A stretch of DNA of 64,000 nucleotides from NCBI GenBank assembly GCA_027923505.1, contig BROI01000005.1:992001-1056000 (forward strand), written 5' to 3'. The position numbers and the translations under genes were made by a program. How positions within the stretch are numbered: position 1 is the first letter of the stretch; every line of letters starts with the position of its first letter. This stretch comes from Mayamaea pseudoterrestris (lineage: Eukaryota). Under the pieces are notes generated by a model. That model saw nothing but the letters and a program-made list of their open reading frames with translations, was not told where the DNA came from and made no database searches. Below, in pieces: positions 30,302-42,306 of the stretch.

Positions 30302-33300
30302 TTAGCCGTGCGAGAAAAGGTTTACCATATCGTTGACCGTAAGCATCTTCAGCGATGCGGCATCTCGTCCAACTGTTCCATCAAATACGAGGCGCTTCTT
30401 CTCCTGAAGCTGAAGCACACGTTCCTCAACAGTCCCCTCCGCTACCAATCGTAAAGCCCTGATAGGTCGGAACTGGCCTAAACGGTGCAGGCGGTCAATT
30501 GCCTGCTCCTCGCCAGCAGCGTTCCACCACAAGTCCATAAGGTAACACTCCGATGCCACCGTGAGATTAAGAGCAACCCCGGCCGCTTTCAAACTCATCA
30601 GCAGCACGCGACACTCGTCGTTCTCGCGGAATTCAGCCAAGGCTTGATCGCGACTCTTGATATCCATTCCGCCATGCAAAATTCGAACACCCAGGCCCAA
30701 ATCCTGCAAACATGGGTCAGAATGCAATCGCCAACGAACAAGGTCCAACATGTTGACAAACTGGGAAAACACGAGTGCTTTGCTGCCAGGACGCTTGTGG
30801 CGCATGTCCACTAATTCTTGAACCAAAACTTCAATCTTTGAAGACGTTGCAAACTCAGCGAGATTGATACGCCTAAGAATGGAGCCAGTGGCCACGTGAG
30901 ATAGTTCTTTCAGGGTGGGATCAGATGACGATGATTTTGTTGGCGCTATTAGTGTGCCATCGTCTGTACTATCGGAAGATTGCTGGTTCAAATCGATGGA
31001 AAAAGGGCGTTCACAACCAGGACAATTTGCGCTGCCATCTCCAGCAGCAGACACGTATTCGATAACACAGGCGCGACAAAATCCAGCACCACAGCAGCTA
31101 CTAGTAACCCGCTCCGTAAAGGGCTCATCACAAATGGCGCACTCAACGCTGCCATTGGCAACTACGGGAAGCTGGCCAGCCTCGCGCAGCTTCTTCATCG
31201 CTCGATGAGAGTAGACAATCAGATACGGATGATTTACGCCCTGTCGCAACCTTGTTAGCATATCAAAAATGTGCGCGAAGTTATTTAAAACAGTTCCACT
31301 GGCAACATAATCATCAAAGCTTGATTTTGTTTGAGTGTACAAGGCATCATAAAAGTCTTGCTCGATCGGGTGCAGCCGCACCGCCCGGATCTTCACAATT
31401 CGTGGAGGAAGATTCAAATCTGCCGCCTTTGTTTCCTTGGTACGACGTAAGAGGCATTTGTCAAGTACCTGTTCCTTTAATTTGAACATGGCCCGGCGAC
31501 CATCGCCTGTATACCCTTCCCGTTGAATCGGGTTAAGAACGTAACGATTAAAGTGCGCGTAGTGCGTAAACGCTCGATGGCCACAATCTTGACACTGCCC
31601 TGACTTGATTCGGTAATGCAACGATTTGCAAGAGCAGCCTTTTTGGCGGCAAAAATAGTGAGCCATAGGATCAAGTCGCAAGAATCTGATAAGGGAGTAC
31701 AGCTCGCCTACCCTGTTTTGAAGCGGAGTTCCGGAAAGTGCCCATCGATGGACGCTGGTCATGGCAAACGCTGCGGCTGCTGTTTGGCTAGAGCGCGATT
31801 TGATATAATGTGCCTCGTCCAGAACAACTCTCCACCAGATAAACGCATGAAGGGGACTAAAAGTCGCTCCAGCCATTGCCTCATTCAATAGTGCATCCAT
31901 ATTCACGTCAGCCAACTGGTCTTCGCCCAAGTCCTCACTCGTTGACGGATCCTCATCCCCAAATTTCTTGCCTGATACCTTCGTGTGGGCCTTTGTAAAA
32001 GACTTGCTTTCCTTTCGCTTAATGACAAACTTTTCCATCTCCTTTTGCTGTCGACGGACTGCTTCACCCACCGACTCATCAACAGCAGGCATGTAGTCAT
32101 TAGAGCAATCCGAGCCACATGTCTCGCGTTTAAAAGATTTACTTCGGCGACCCTCTATACCCTCCATATGTTTAATTCGACAACGTACAACGCTTTCGCC
32201 GCCAATTGACTGATTATCACTAGACGAATTGTCGCCATATTCATCTTCAAAAACACTGTCAGAGTCGCTGCGAACCCCGGTGCCATTATCTGTTGCAAGC
32301 GCCTTCATGCGTTCAGTCGCATTCGTTGCAGCAGACCGTGCATGTCGTTTCAAATTTTTCGAATCGCTGACTATAGCAGAGAGCTCACTATCCGACGCAT
32401 ATTCACCTTGCGCCGCAACTCGCACCCGAGCCTGCTCTGCACTTTTGTTTTTCCCTTCCACAAACACTTTCTTGGAAAACTGCTTTTGTTTCTTCTTATA
32501 CTTGCTACTGCGATTGCCGATCTTTGGTCTACTGATGCCATTAACGTGCTCACCGTTCCGACGGCTTTCTCCCCGCCTCTGACGAGACTGAGCTTCCGTG
32601 CGCCTGGCGCCTTCACCGCAGAAGTACTTTAAATGCACTCGAAGCTTGTCAATCTTAAACCTCGCCCCACAGTTTGGACATGCAACCTTGTTCGGCGATA
32701 ACATCTTGCGAAAATCGGATTCGATGACCTGATAAGTAGTCAAGATAATGTCGTACTTGCAGATCATATCCAACGGCATTTCCGCCGCACGGTTCGGGCC
32801 ATGATAAATGCCAACCTTAAAGGTGCCTGGCTCTGTAAACTTTTCAATTTCACTCTTCCACTGCGACAGGGCAATTACTGGGCAAACGACCAATGTGCCG
32901 GCACGTGTCATGGCGTGCTTATTTGGGTGACGCTTCTTAGTAACATTGTTCATAACCATTTCGTGATTCCACTCTTCCACCGCAGTGGCCCAAAGCTTGT
33001 CCTCACGCAGTCGATCGGCAAAATCAGCAGCACCAGGCGGGTGCTTCATTGCAGGCTTGCAGTGCTGCAGCAATGGGCGGTTGTCGAGCATTGTAGCAAT
33101 CGTTTGTATCGTCTTCCCCCTGTTGAGGCGAACAAGACGTTGCAAAGATGAGAATATATAACCTCATACCCGTTGTAACCGGGTTAAACCAAACTTTGCA
33201 CTTACATTCCCATTTCATCGGCCAACACCCCGCCCTTAACACCTTCACACTTGACCTCTTGATGGTACATCCACGACAAGCCTTCAATTTGAAACGGCAG

Positions 33301-34503
33301 CAGCGTCGCTGCCAAGCCTGCCGGCGCCTTTCGCGTCTCTCCAGCAAAAGCCACTTGAACCAATTCATCAGGCGAAATTTGCCGATTTTCCTCCTCGAGT
33401 TCGATCTTGGACGCTTCGACCTGCAGGGCCAATGTTTCGAAGTCATGCATATCCAAGTCGCGCCAGCCGCCAACGTCCTGAGCACAGTGAATTTCTTCAC
33501 TAAATTGTGCGCATTCCAAGTGCCGGTATATCCGAAAGCCCGGTTTGCCCCGAAAGAGCGGAACATGTGAAATGCGGCACGTTCCCTTTGCAATGACTTC
33601 ATCGCATCGCCGACATGTCGCTCGACCAGTAGGCGCGTAGTCGACAAAAAATGGTTGATCCTCGCCGCCGTCGTCGCCATCTTCCTCGTCGCCCGCTCGA
33701 CTGCTAGCAGCCTCTGGTTCGCTTTCAACCTTCCCATTGTAATCTTCATCACTGCCACTGGACGCAATGTCGATCACCTTGCGTTTTGTCGCTACAGTAT
33801 GCTTGCCCACTTTTGGGTTCGTTGCTTTGTCGACCTTTGCAGTCGTCGATGGTTTCGTTTTGATCACTTTCGACTTTGGCTTGACTAGCTGGGCTTGCAA
33901 TGCGTCCGACACCATACTATCATCTGTATCATCATCTTCTTCTTCCTCATCTTCTCTCTCGTATTCGTCTCCACTTTCCAAATCACGCTCCTCCAAGCGG
34001 GAACCAAATGGAAGTCCCGTAGACCCCAAACTTATAGAGTTTAAAGCCACCTTCTTCTTGAGCGACTGACGAGTCGTTGATGCTGCCGTTCGATCCAAAC
34101 TTTTGCGCTTTGCGGCTGGTTTCTTGTCTTGAAAGTCTATGCTCGTCGCTGCCTGCAAAGGCGATGGCGTGACGGCTAGTATTTGGTTATTGCTAGCACG
34201 AGGTGCCTTGACAGCTGATTCCATGATCGAATTGGATGATGGAGCAGTGGTTCGGCGCGACGCACGTTTCGAGTCAGAATATGGACGAAGCTGTAATGGA
34301 TCGTAGATACCCTTGGACTTTCCAATTCCAACCTTGAGCGCCACCATGACGCCATCTTGAACAATCAATCCCGAAGCATTCTCGTCGTCACTCTCAGCTG
34401 CCATGTTTCGCGAGCAATTGAGCTTGATGACAGTGCCGACCTCATCCTGACCCTTCATGGCGGTCGGCACCCAAACAAGCTGGCCGACTTTGAATCGTGA
34501 CAT
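30302..34503 (-). CDS. RAD16/RAD5-like SNF2 helicase with PARP-type zinc finger and RING, 2 exons (intron 33205-33120)
   Basis: GGVLADEMGM|GKT, LDEAHYIK, LSGTPLQNR, RING C..C/C..C, SLKAAGVALNLT, QAIDRLHRLGQ; N-terminal YAPTGRATCRRC...HLEC. Confidence 0.9.
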
Positions 34504-34809
34504 TTTGTCTCCGATCGTCTCGCTTCAAGTATCGCAAATAATTGCAGTATCAAATTAAACAACAAGTAACTTTCGTGTCAGCGCTTTGTCGCTTGCTCTT
34601 AGATACTTGCGATACGATTGCAAGTACTTGTGGAAACACGCGGAGTAAGAATTGGACGGACCTCGACGATTGGCGCGCCTCTGCGGCGGAAATACAGCGG
34701 GAATGAGAAGCATCAATGCGACATGATGCTTCCTCTCGGCCGCAAATTCGCCATCACAATGGAACGAGCTGCCAATCACCTTTTAACCTTCAAGTTTTAC
34801 TCGCCCAAG

Positions 34810-36186
34810 ATGCCAATAATAAGAGTGACTCATGCGCGGATGAGACCTTTCGCTGTACGAAGGCGGCGTTTGGGAAACTCCGCACCTATTAACACCGGTG
34901 GTATTTATAGGAACTTACGCGACATGACGACGACGACGACAATTAACCTGCCCCATGCGACGCAGCATCCGCAACAAGACAAACATGACGCACCCGAAAT
35001 CTTGTTCAAGAATCCTATTGTACAGCAGCTATGGAAGGCTCGACAGCTTGCTAGAATGGAGGAAAATTCATCGCATCCTACTGACGTCATGTCGTCCGGA
35101 AGAGCTCCATCCGAGAGTCGCGTTCAGGTTGTTTACGATTTTAAGACAAACTCCTACTTGCTAAACGCCTACCGCAACCCATGGGGACAAATGAGACTTG
35201 GAAAACTTATGGAAGATTTAGATGCACTCGCAGGAAATATTGCATATCTTCATGGCGGACGAAACCATCCCAAGCATCCCATGATCGTCACTGCTTCCGT
35301 CGATCGGATCAGGCTGCGCGAGCGTCCGCAGATTCACGACAATCAATTACTTAGTGGACAAGTGACATGGACGGGTACTAGCAGCATGGAGATCAAAATG
35401 ACTTGCACAACGGTTGACGCAAAGCAACCTTGGCTGGAATGTCATTGCACCTTTGTCACGCTCGATCCAGAAACAAAGAAACCAACAGCCATTCCACCCG
35501 TCCTACCACAAACACCAAAGGAACATGCCGATTATGCTGCCGGTGAGCAGCGGGCAGCCATCAAAAAGATGCGGCGGAATCAGCAGCTCAATGAGTTGGC
35601 GCCTTCAATTGCGCTGTCGCTTGCGCAGGCACTGCTTGACGAGGGACGTCCACTTTTGACGCTTCCAAGCCTTGCCGATCCAAATGCCATTCTCATTGAA
35701 TCTACCAAACTTTCCAATGCCATGATTGCGCAACCGCAGGTTCAAAACCTACATAACCGGATCTTTGGAGGTTTTCTAATGAGACGAGCATTTGAATTGG
35801 CGTTTGCAAATGCTTATGTCTTTGGCGGCGCGCGACCCTTGTTCTTGGAAGTGGATGAAGTCTCCTTTTGGGCGCCCGTTGATGTCGGCGACTTGGTGGT
35901 CTTCAACAGTCGCGTCATATACACAGATTATGGCTATCTTAGTGACTACTACGAAGGCATGACGAGATTTGCTAAGCGACCAGCATTGCTACCGCTCGTG
36001 CACATTGAGGTGGAAGCTTGGGTAACGGAGCCCGAAAAGGCAACCGCCAAGCTGTCAAACCAATTCTACTTCTCGTTTGCAATTGCCGACAAGCAGCAAG
36101 TCCGACGAGTGTTACCGGCGAACCTTGACGAGGCGATGAGAATGGCGCTCCGGATTGGCCGTGACGATGAGCAACGTCAAACATGA
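34810..36186 (+). CDS. Double-hotdog acyl-CoA thioesterase (ACOT9-like)
   Basis: RLGKLMEDLDALAG, IVTASVDRI, NLHNRIFGGFLMRRAFELA, PVDVGD; start codon uncertain. Confidence 0.88.
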   Translation: MPIIRVTHARMRPFAVRRRRLGNSAPINTGGIYRNLRDMTTTTTINLPHATQHPQQDKHDAPEILFKNPIVQQLWKARQLARMEENSSHPTDVMSSGRAPSESRVQVVYDFKTNSYLLNAYRNPWGQMRLGKLMEDLDALAGNIAYLHGGRNHPKHPMIVTASVDRIRLRERPQIHDNQLLSGQVTWTGTSSMEIKMTCTTVDAKQPWLECHCTFVTLDPETKKPTAIPPVLPQTPKEHADYAAGEQRAAIKKMRRNQQLNELAPSIALSLAQALLDEGRPLLTLPSLADPNAILIESTKLSNAMIAQPQVQNLHNRIFGGFLMRRAFELAFANAYVFGGARPLFLEVDEVSFWAPVDVGDLVVFNSRVIYTDYGYLSDYYEGMTRFAKRPALLPLVHIEVEAWVTEPEKATAKLSNQFYFSFAIADKQQVRRVLPANLDEAMRMALRIGRDDEQRQT

Positions 36187-36957
36187 GACGATTATTGACA
36201 AATAAGTACGCAGTTGGCCCAATGGTACGGTAGTTAAAGAGTCCTAGTAGTAAGGTCGTTGGCAATGCGCAGACCGTTCGACAAGAAGAGGACGACGAAT
36301 GATGGTTAATTCAATGATTTTTGCCAGTAGCTGATGTGAAAAAACAAGCGCGCTACGGCTTCTCGCATTGGCGCAGTCTGAGTCGACAAGCGGCGCATCC
36401 GCGATCATTCCTTCAATTATTGCGCACCCGATCGTACGCCCCAGTCGATCCCCACCATGGCAGCCAACGCACACACAGAGCTTGAAACGGTTACGGAGCA
36501 TTACTCTCTTGCCCTCTTACAAAAAACTTGATTGCGTCAATAAGCCGCCACCTGCCATTCAACCGCCTGCTGCCGCTCCGACTGTCGACGACAATTTGCA
36601 TGCCGTCAAACTAAATGCGACACTTTCAATGAATGTTGGCTTCGACATTTACAAGGTGATCGATCGGTGTTTGGCCCCCTAACTCACGCATGGGCTTTTG
36701 CGCTAAATATGGCCTTGATCTTCCATCTAAGGAGCTCGTTCGCTGCAAGAAGGATGAGATTTAAGTTGCTTTGCCAATCCGTGTCAACGCATCGACCACA
36801 ACCTTGATCTTGACCAGTTGATTCAGGATTGGCTGCCGAGCAAACGTTATGACTTTTGCCGTGCGTGCAAGTTCCACCCAGAACCGTTGACGAAGTAGCC
36901 CTGCGGAGAGCACTCGAATTAGACGTCAACGGAGGAGGGATTGGTTGTTGCAAGCAA

Positions 36958-36983
36958 CTGCTGCTGCTGCTGCTGCTGCTGCT
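36958..36983. repeat. (CTG)n microsatellite, about 8 units
   Basis: ctgctgctgctgctgctgctgctgct read directly. Confidence 0.9.
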
Positions 36984-37200
36984 AGAAGAAGAATGAGAGA
37001 TGCAGATCTTACTGCGTACGTGACCTAAGAAGGTACAAGATTTAGCGATGCGATGCGATGCGAGTGGAGTTTCGATTTAATATTTACTTTGATCGTTTTT
37101 ATTGTCACATTTGAAATTATATTTAGCAACATGTTAACGACACCAGACGTTGTTCCGTTTTTACATAACCCTTTAACGCAACATCGTACTGACATTCTGA

Positions 37201-39789
37201 TCAATGCCTGTCATCTGTTGAATCCTCAGCTTGCAGGCTTTCCAACAATTTAGCTGATTCAAAAGCGTAGGAAAATACGCTAGTCAGAATACTCGTCCGA
37301 GTTTCCAAGTTACGATTGCTCGTCCTCATTTCAAAGAGGTATGGATCGGATTCCTGCATCCTCTCGTCATACATCCTGGCTGTACTAACGATCGGCGCCA
37401 ATATTGACCGGCCGCCCATTGTAGTTGCCCGATGCAAGCCTGTACTATCTGACAGACAATCCATTCGACAATTCTCATTACTCTCATCATCTCCAGAGAA
37501 GAAAGAGGAAGATTGATCATCGGTCTTCACGGACGCCGCCACAATATCTACTTGCTTGTTACCTTCACCCTTTCGTCGGCGATGCAGAAACAAAATTCCA
37601 ACGGCAACCATGAGTACCGCTGCAACTGTGGCACTTGCAATTCCCACATTCACGTTCACGGGTTTTACGATCGCATTAGAAGCCAAAGTCTGTCCTGCGA
37701 CGGTGGCGGATCTTAACGCCAATGGCGATGTCGATAGGGAGGGAGCGTCACTTAACGAGGGCTGCCCAGTCGGATTGCGACTTGACGTTGTTTGAAGGTT
37801 TGCGACAGGTAGCTCCGTTGCAATAGCAGCGGTTGGTCTGGCAGTCAGCGATGGTAATGGCACTGTCGTTGGAAGCTGCATGCTTGTTGGTTGAGGACTT
37901 GTCGTGGGAATAGTACCTGCGCTGCTGTCAATTGTTGTAGGGGCCGCGGTCAAAGTCGGCACAGTTGGCATGGAAACCATTGTCGGCAAGGCAGTGCCCA
38001 ATGACGTCGGTCCAGAACTTGAAGTGGGACTAAGTCGCGCTGATGGTACAGCGCTCGCGGTCGGAACATTTGTTCCGATGATGAGAGACGAAGGAGTTGT
38101 CGTTGAGCTCGGGGCCAATGAAGACGGTATTCGCGTGTCAATGCTGGGAACGGTTGCAGGAGGACCCGAAGTGTTTAAATTCGTCGGTGCAGAACTTATA
38201 GACGGATTCAGCGATAATGTCGGGCCCAATGAACCGGTGAAAGGCGTAGCAGACGGCGCAAAAGAGGGGCTACCAGTGAAACTTGTCGGCACGACAGTCA
38301 GCACGGGTGTCGACGGACCAGCTGAAGGAGTAGTCGACGGCGTAATCGACGGCGTCGTCGATGGATAATCAGTAGCAGGCGTTGGCGCAGCTGTAAATGT
38401 GGTCGGCGCTATCGTCAAAGATGACGGTCTAAAGGAAGGTCGGTCCGTCGGTTCACTCGTCGGAGACACTGATTCTGAAGATGCCAGTGATGGAGAGAAG
38501 GATGGTCGTTCCGTCGGTTGACTTGTAGGTCCAGCTGACGGAGGTTCCGTGACTTGCGTGGTTGGGGCAGTTGTCTCCTCTTCTTGTGAAGGTGCTCGAG
38601 TCGTCGCTGAAACAGGCTGTGATGGTGATGCCAAGGGTGCTGCAAATGGCGAAGCCATTGGTGCCCCAAAAGGTGGAATCCCTGGTGCGAAAGGCATGGT
38701 TACTGGTGTCGGAAAAGGCAATCCAGTCGTTGGTGAAGCGAGACATGGTTGAACGGGAAAGGCTGCTCGCAAAACCTCAATCAAAGCATTGGGATCCGCG
38801 GCCATTAACGCATCATTTAAATCGAGTATATTTCTTTGTGTCTCAATCAATAAATCGGCTTCGACTTTACTCGCATCATCACCAGTGGGTCGCACTTCAA
38901 AGTTGGCGCAAACTATTTGACAGTCTCCTCTGTAGTATGTCGGACAAGGCACATCGCCAAGTTGGCTGATAGTTGCTGAGCCGTCTACTAGCGTGACGGT
39001 GGTGGTAGATTGTTCTCTGCCCCTTTGAGGACGTTGCGACAGTGTGTTTGCGTAGTCCTCCACCTGATTGGCAACGTACGCCGCGTAACTTTCCTCCAAA
39101 GCAACTGCGTTTGAAGCTCCAGGCTCAGACCCAGTGGGTTCTATATCAGCAGCAGTCAAACCAACTTGGTTGCCAACAATGAACGAGTTAAACACTGACA
39201 ATGTTGCCTGATTTGCTGTAGGAATCTGGCCCATCGTGGGTGGTTCACTCGGCTCTTGACCGCCCGAAACTGATGGTTCGCGCGTCTCAGTCGGCCGTTG
39301 TACCGGCGAGCTTATGCCAGCACTCGGTTGAGCAAGGATAAAAACGGGCTGCCCGGCTGGGTTTCGCAGCGTAGGTAGTAGAGTTGGTACAATGGTAGGA
39401 TGTTGAACCGGCGCTGGTACTTGAAAGGTTGTTGGAAAACCTTTCCCAGGAAAAACCGGAGGAAGAGGCGGCAACTTTCCTTTTGATCCCTTGACACTTT
39501 TTGATCCGCTTTTCGTCTGATGCGATCCTATGGACTCTTCACCGACTGGCCATATTGGAATGTAAACTATTCGTGTCGGTTCTGAATTTGATGCTGGGAG
39601 AGGAACAGGAAGGTACACGTTGTCAGGGCCCTTTAGAAATGTCGCAGACTGCGGATCAGACTTAAAAAAAGAGTATTCTTTCAGGAATTCAAGTCGTCTT
39701 CTTCTTGTAGCCTTCGACTGACTATGCACTACCTGTAGCATTATTAAGATGACGACAAGTCGCATGGTCGCATCAGTCAACGGAACCAT
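37201..39789 (-). CDS. Pro/Thr/Ser-rich mucin-like type I membrane protein
   Basis: Signal peptide (MRLVVILIMLQVVHS), many PT/PS-x-x-P repeats, one TM (VAAVLMVAVGILFL) followed by RRRK. Confidence 0.75.
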   Translation of the reverse strand: MVPLTDATMRLVVILIMLQVVHSQSKATRRRRLEFLKEYSFFKSDPQSATFLKGPDNVYLPVPLPASNSEPTRIVYIPIWPVGEESIGSHQTKSGSKSVKGSKGKLPPLPPVFPGKGFPTTFQVPAPVQHPTIVPTLLPTLRNPAGQPVFILAQPSAGISSPVQRPTETREPSVSGGQEPSEPPTMGQIPTANQATLSVFNSFIVGNQVGLTAADIEPTGSEPGASNAVALEESYAAYVANQVEDYANTLSQRPQRGREQSTTTVTLVDGSATISQLGDVPCPTYYRGDCQIVCANFEVRPTGDDASKVEADLLIETQRNILDLNDALMAADPNALIEVLRAAFPVQPCLASPTTGLPFPTPVTMPFAPGIPPFGAPMASPFAAPLASPSQPVSATTRAPSQEEETTAPTTQVTEPPSAGPTSQPTERPSFSPSLASSESVSPTSEPTDRPSFRPSSLTIAPTTFTAAPTPATDYPSTTPSITPSTTPSAGPSTPVLTVVPTSFTGSPSFAPSATPFTGSLGPTLSLNPSISSAPTNLNTSGPPATVPSIDTRIPSSLAPSSTTTPSSLIIGTNVPTASAVPSARLSPTSSSGPTSLGTALPTMVSMPTVPTLTAAPTTIDSSAGTIPTTSPQPTSMQLPTTVPLPSLTARPTAAIATELPVANLQTTSSRNPTGQPSLSDAPSLSTSPLALRSATVAGQTLASNAIVKPVNVNVGIASATVAAVLMVAVGILFLHRRRKGEGNKQVDIVAASVKTDDQSSSFFSGDDESNENCRMDCLSDSTGLHRATTMGGRSILAPIVSTARMYDERMQESDPYLFEMRTSNRNLETRTSILTSVFSYAFESAKLLESLQAEDSTDDRH

Positions 39790-40830
39790 GAGTAAGTAGA
39801 TTACCGTCGTGAAGAAATCTTCCGTTTGCTTCTCATCGCTCTCTTGGCGGGATCATTGCCGAAGGTTTTGGTTCCTCCAAATTTAGAATGCATAAATTTA
39901 TGGCTTGCTATTGGCGAAGGACCGATCCGTTTCTCATCAAATTTGTCCATGCTGCCATGCTGCGCGTTAGTTCGACAAAAATGAAAGGTTGCATTCACAG
40001 TCAACAAAACAGCAAAACATGAGTGGCTGACTGTTTTCAAGATCGTAAACAAGACCCATTTTTTTACGAGTATACATACAGTTAGCTAAAGTAGGAGTAC
40101 CGGTATAGGTATTGCTCATTATGTATTGTCATGTATCGTGCCTTGCAAGGTACTTTTTTGTCCATCAATGCACCATGTACGACGTCCTCTATGTCATAAG
40201 GGGATGGTTAAACTAGACAATAATAAATAGGAGCAGTCACTGATCGAAAATGCACCTTGTCTTTAACTACTAGCCAAGGTTGAATCCTCTTTGCAATCGA
40301 TCCACTTTGTCGTTTCCATATCGTAGCCCCTTTCAGTTAACTAGTTACAATACTTCTCACGCAAAAGCAACACCTGCAGTCCCCCCGTGGCCTGTGGATG
40401 ATGCTGGATTACCTGAGAAGTACGATTGTTTTGGACGTCTCCCGGCAGATTGTAAGTTTTACAGCTATCTTTGCTGAGACAATTAGATACTACCTCATGC
40501 CCAAACAAATTTATGATCATTAAAATGGCTGCGGCCATTTCTGATCAAGTGATCGCCAGTGTCAGTCACCGCATCGAAAACCGCTATGCTCCTTCTTGGT
40601 GGCTGTTAGCCGACGATAACACTGCAAATGCGAATGAGTCGACGGTCAACTGATGGCTCGGAGGTTACGAAAAGCCTAACTCAATTCCTCTGTTGACCAG
40701 TTGGGTCGGAAATCTGCGCGAGCTCTATTTCTGGGCATTGTCGCAAATGACAATGCATCATTTCTTTCCGCCTTTCGTACTTGTAAACAATAAAGTCGTT
40801 AAGAAGTCGTATTCTCGCTATTATACTGTT

Positions 40831-41987
40831 TTATTTTTTCTGCGCTGCATCATCCTTGTCGATGCCCTTCTTTTCGCCTCCACCCTTCTTCGCTGCCACT
40901 GCATCATCCTTCTTTTCGTCCTCCTTGCCGTGCTCAAATCCATCGTCACCGTACCGAATCTTGTTATTGACAAGGTCATGTAAGGCAATGACAGAGCGAA
41001 TCAATGACGCAATGTAAATGTTCATGTGCATATCATTCGTCTTGACAATCATGCCACGAACTAAGTCACTGTCCAAATTTGGCAGCAAATTGACAATCGT
41101 CTGCAAGTTAGCAACAATCTCCGGGCTAACCTTGGCCCGATTGTTTGCCACAATACTTTCCAAGTAATTTTGACACTCTTCGAGCTTCTCTGCCAGTGTC
41201 GCCAAGCCCGAAAGCTTGCCCTTGACAAGTGACGCCACTGTCGAAACCGTTGGGTCATTAATGTCGCGCAGCAAATGCTCTACGCCAACCTCCTCAGCTT
41301 CCATGGCTCCCATAGCCGACGGCACATGTGCAAAGGTTCGTTGGAGTTGCTTGTCACCACTCGACTTGGTTTTAATATGTGTTGACGAAAATCCTTGCTC
41401 CACCACCTTGTAGGCTGTCACCGGCAAGTCCGTACGATCAGGACGAATATCAATGAGGCAAAATACACATGGATCTCCAAAGCGCTGACAGATGTCGTGG
41501 ATTCGCAAGTCGTTCGGACGAATCTGAGGGCCAGAGCTGTAGAACCCAACAACGCGTTCCTTGGCATTCACCTTGCGAAACATGAGCAGCATGCTCTCCA
41601 AGTAGTTGTGATCCAAGTAAAAAACAGACTAAAGGAAGAGCACGAAGAGGAAAGATATGACGGAATGGTGTTTAGTAATTGTTTGCAGGCAGATGCAAGA
41701 AACAGAAGCAAACGTATTCAGAAACGCACCGGATTTCTCGAGTCTTCCTCAAAGGGAACTGCAAATGAGTTCGTCGCATCGACTTTTCCTCGAAAGCAGG
41801 ACCCCAACAAGACTCCAACGACACGCTTTCGAGTTCCACGGGCAACGCGATGGTAGTGATCCGCTACTGACAAGAGAACGAGTGGATGAATGATGACATT
41901 GTCGACCGCTGCAGGAGGAGACTTGGTGGTTTTGGTAGTGCTGTTCTCGTGGCTTTCCACCTCCATATATTCTGTGGATGATGACAT
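40831..41987 (-). CDS. RPN8: 26S proteasome lid subunit Rpn8/PSMD7, 2 exons (intron 41729-41629)
   Basis: [52 protein letters not shown]. Confidence 0.95.
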
Positions 41988-42306
41988 GGGACTCTGTCGC
42001 GCTGTCTGATATAGACAACCAGAGTAATTGTACTGACAGTGAAGGCAATGCAGTCAATGAACTCGCAAGAAATGATGCGGAGGGATGGGGCGTCTCGTCA
42101 TGGCAAGCAGCGACGACGAGCATCCGCCAAGATCTTCATCCATTGACGTGGAAGTGTCTTTTCAATGTACAGCGGCAATGAAATGGTATAGTCGGACCGG
42201 TTCTCAACTTGGCGCGCCGACGAACGCGGCAGCAACCACGAGCATTCGTTCCATCGTTTGCCATCGCATCTGGCGCATTGTATTCCAGCTGACGACATTT
42301 GGAAAC

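Noticed and set aside
36244..36953. Short ORFs between the thioesterase and the mucin-like gene
   Set aside because: No recognisable motif, no ATG-initiated coherent frame and no convincing splice model.
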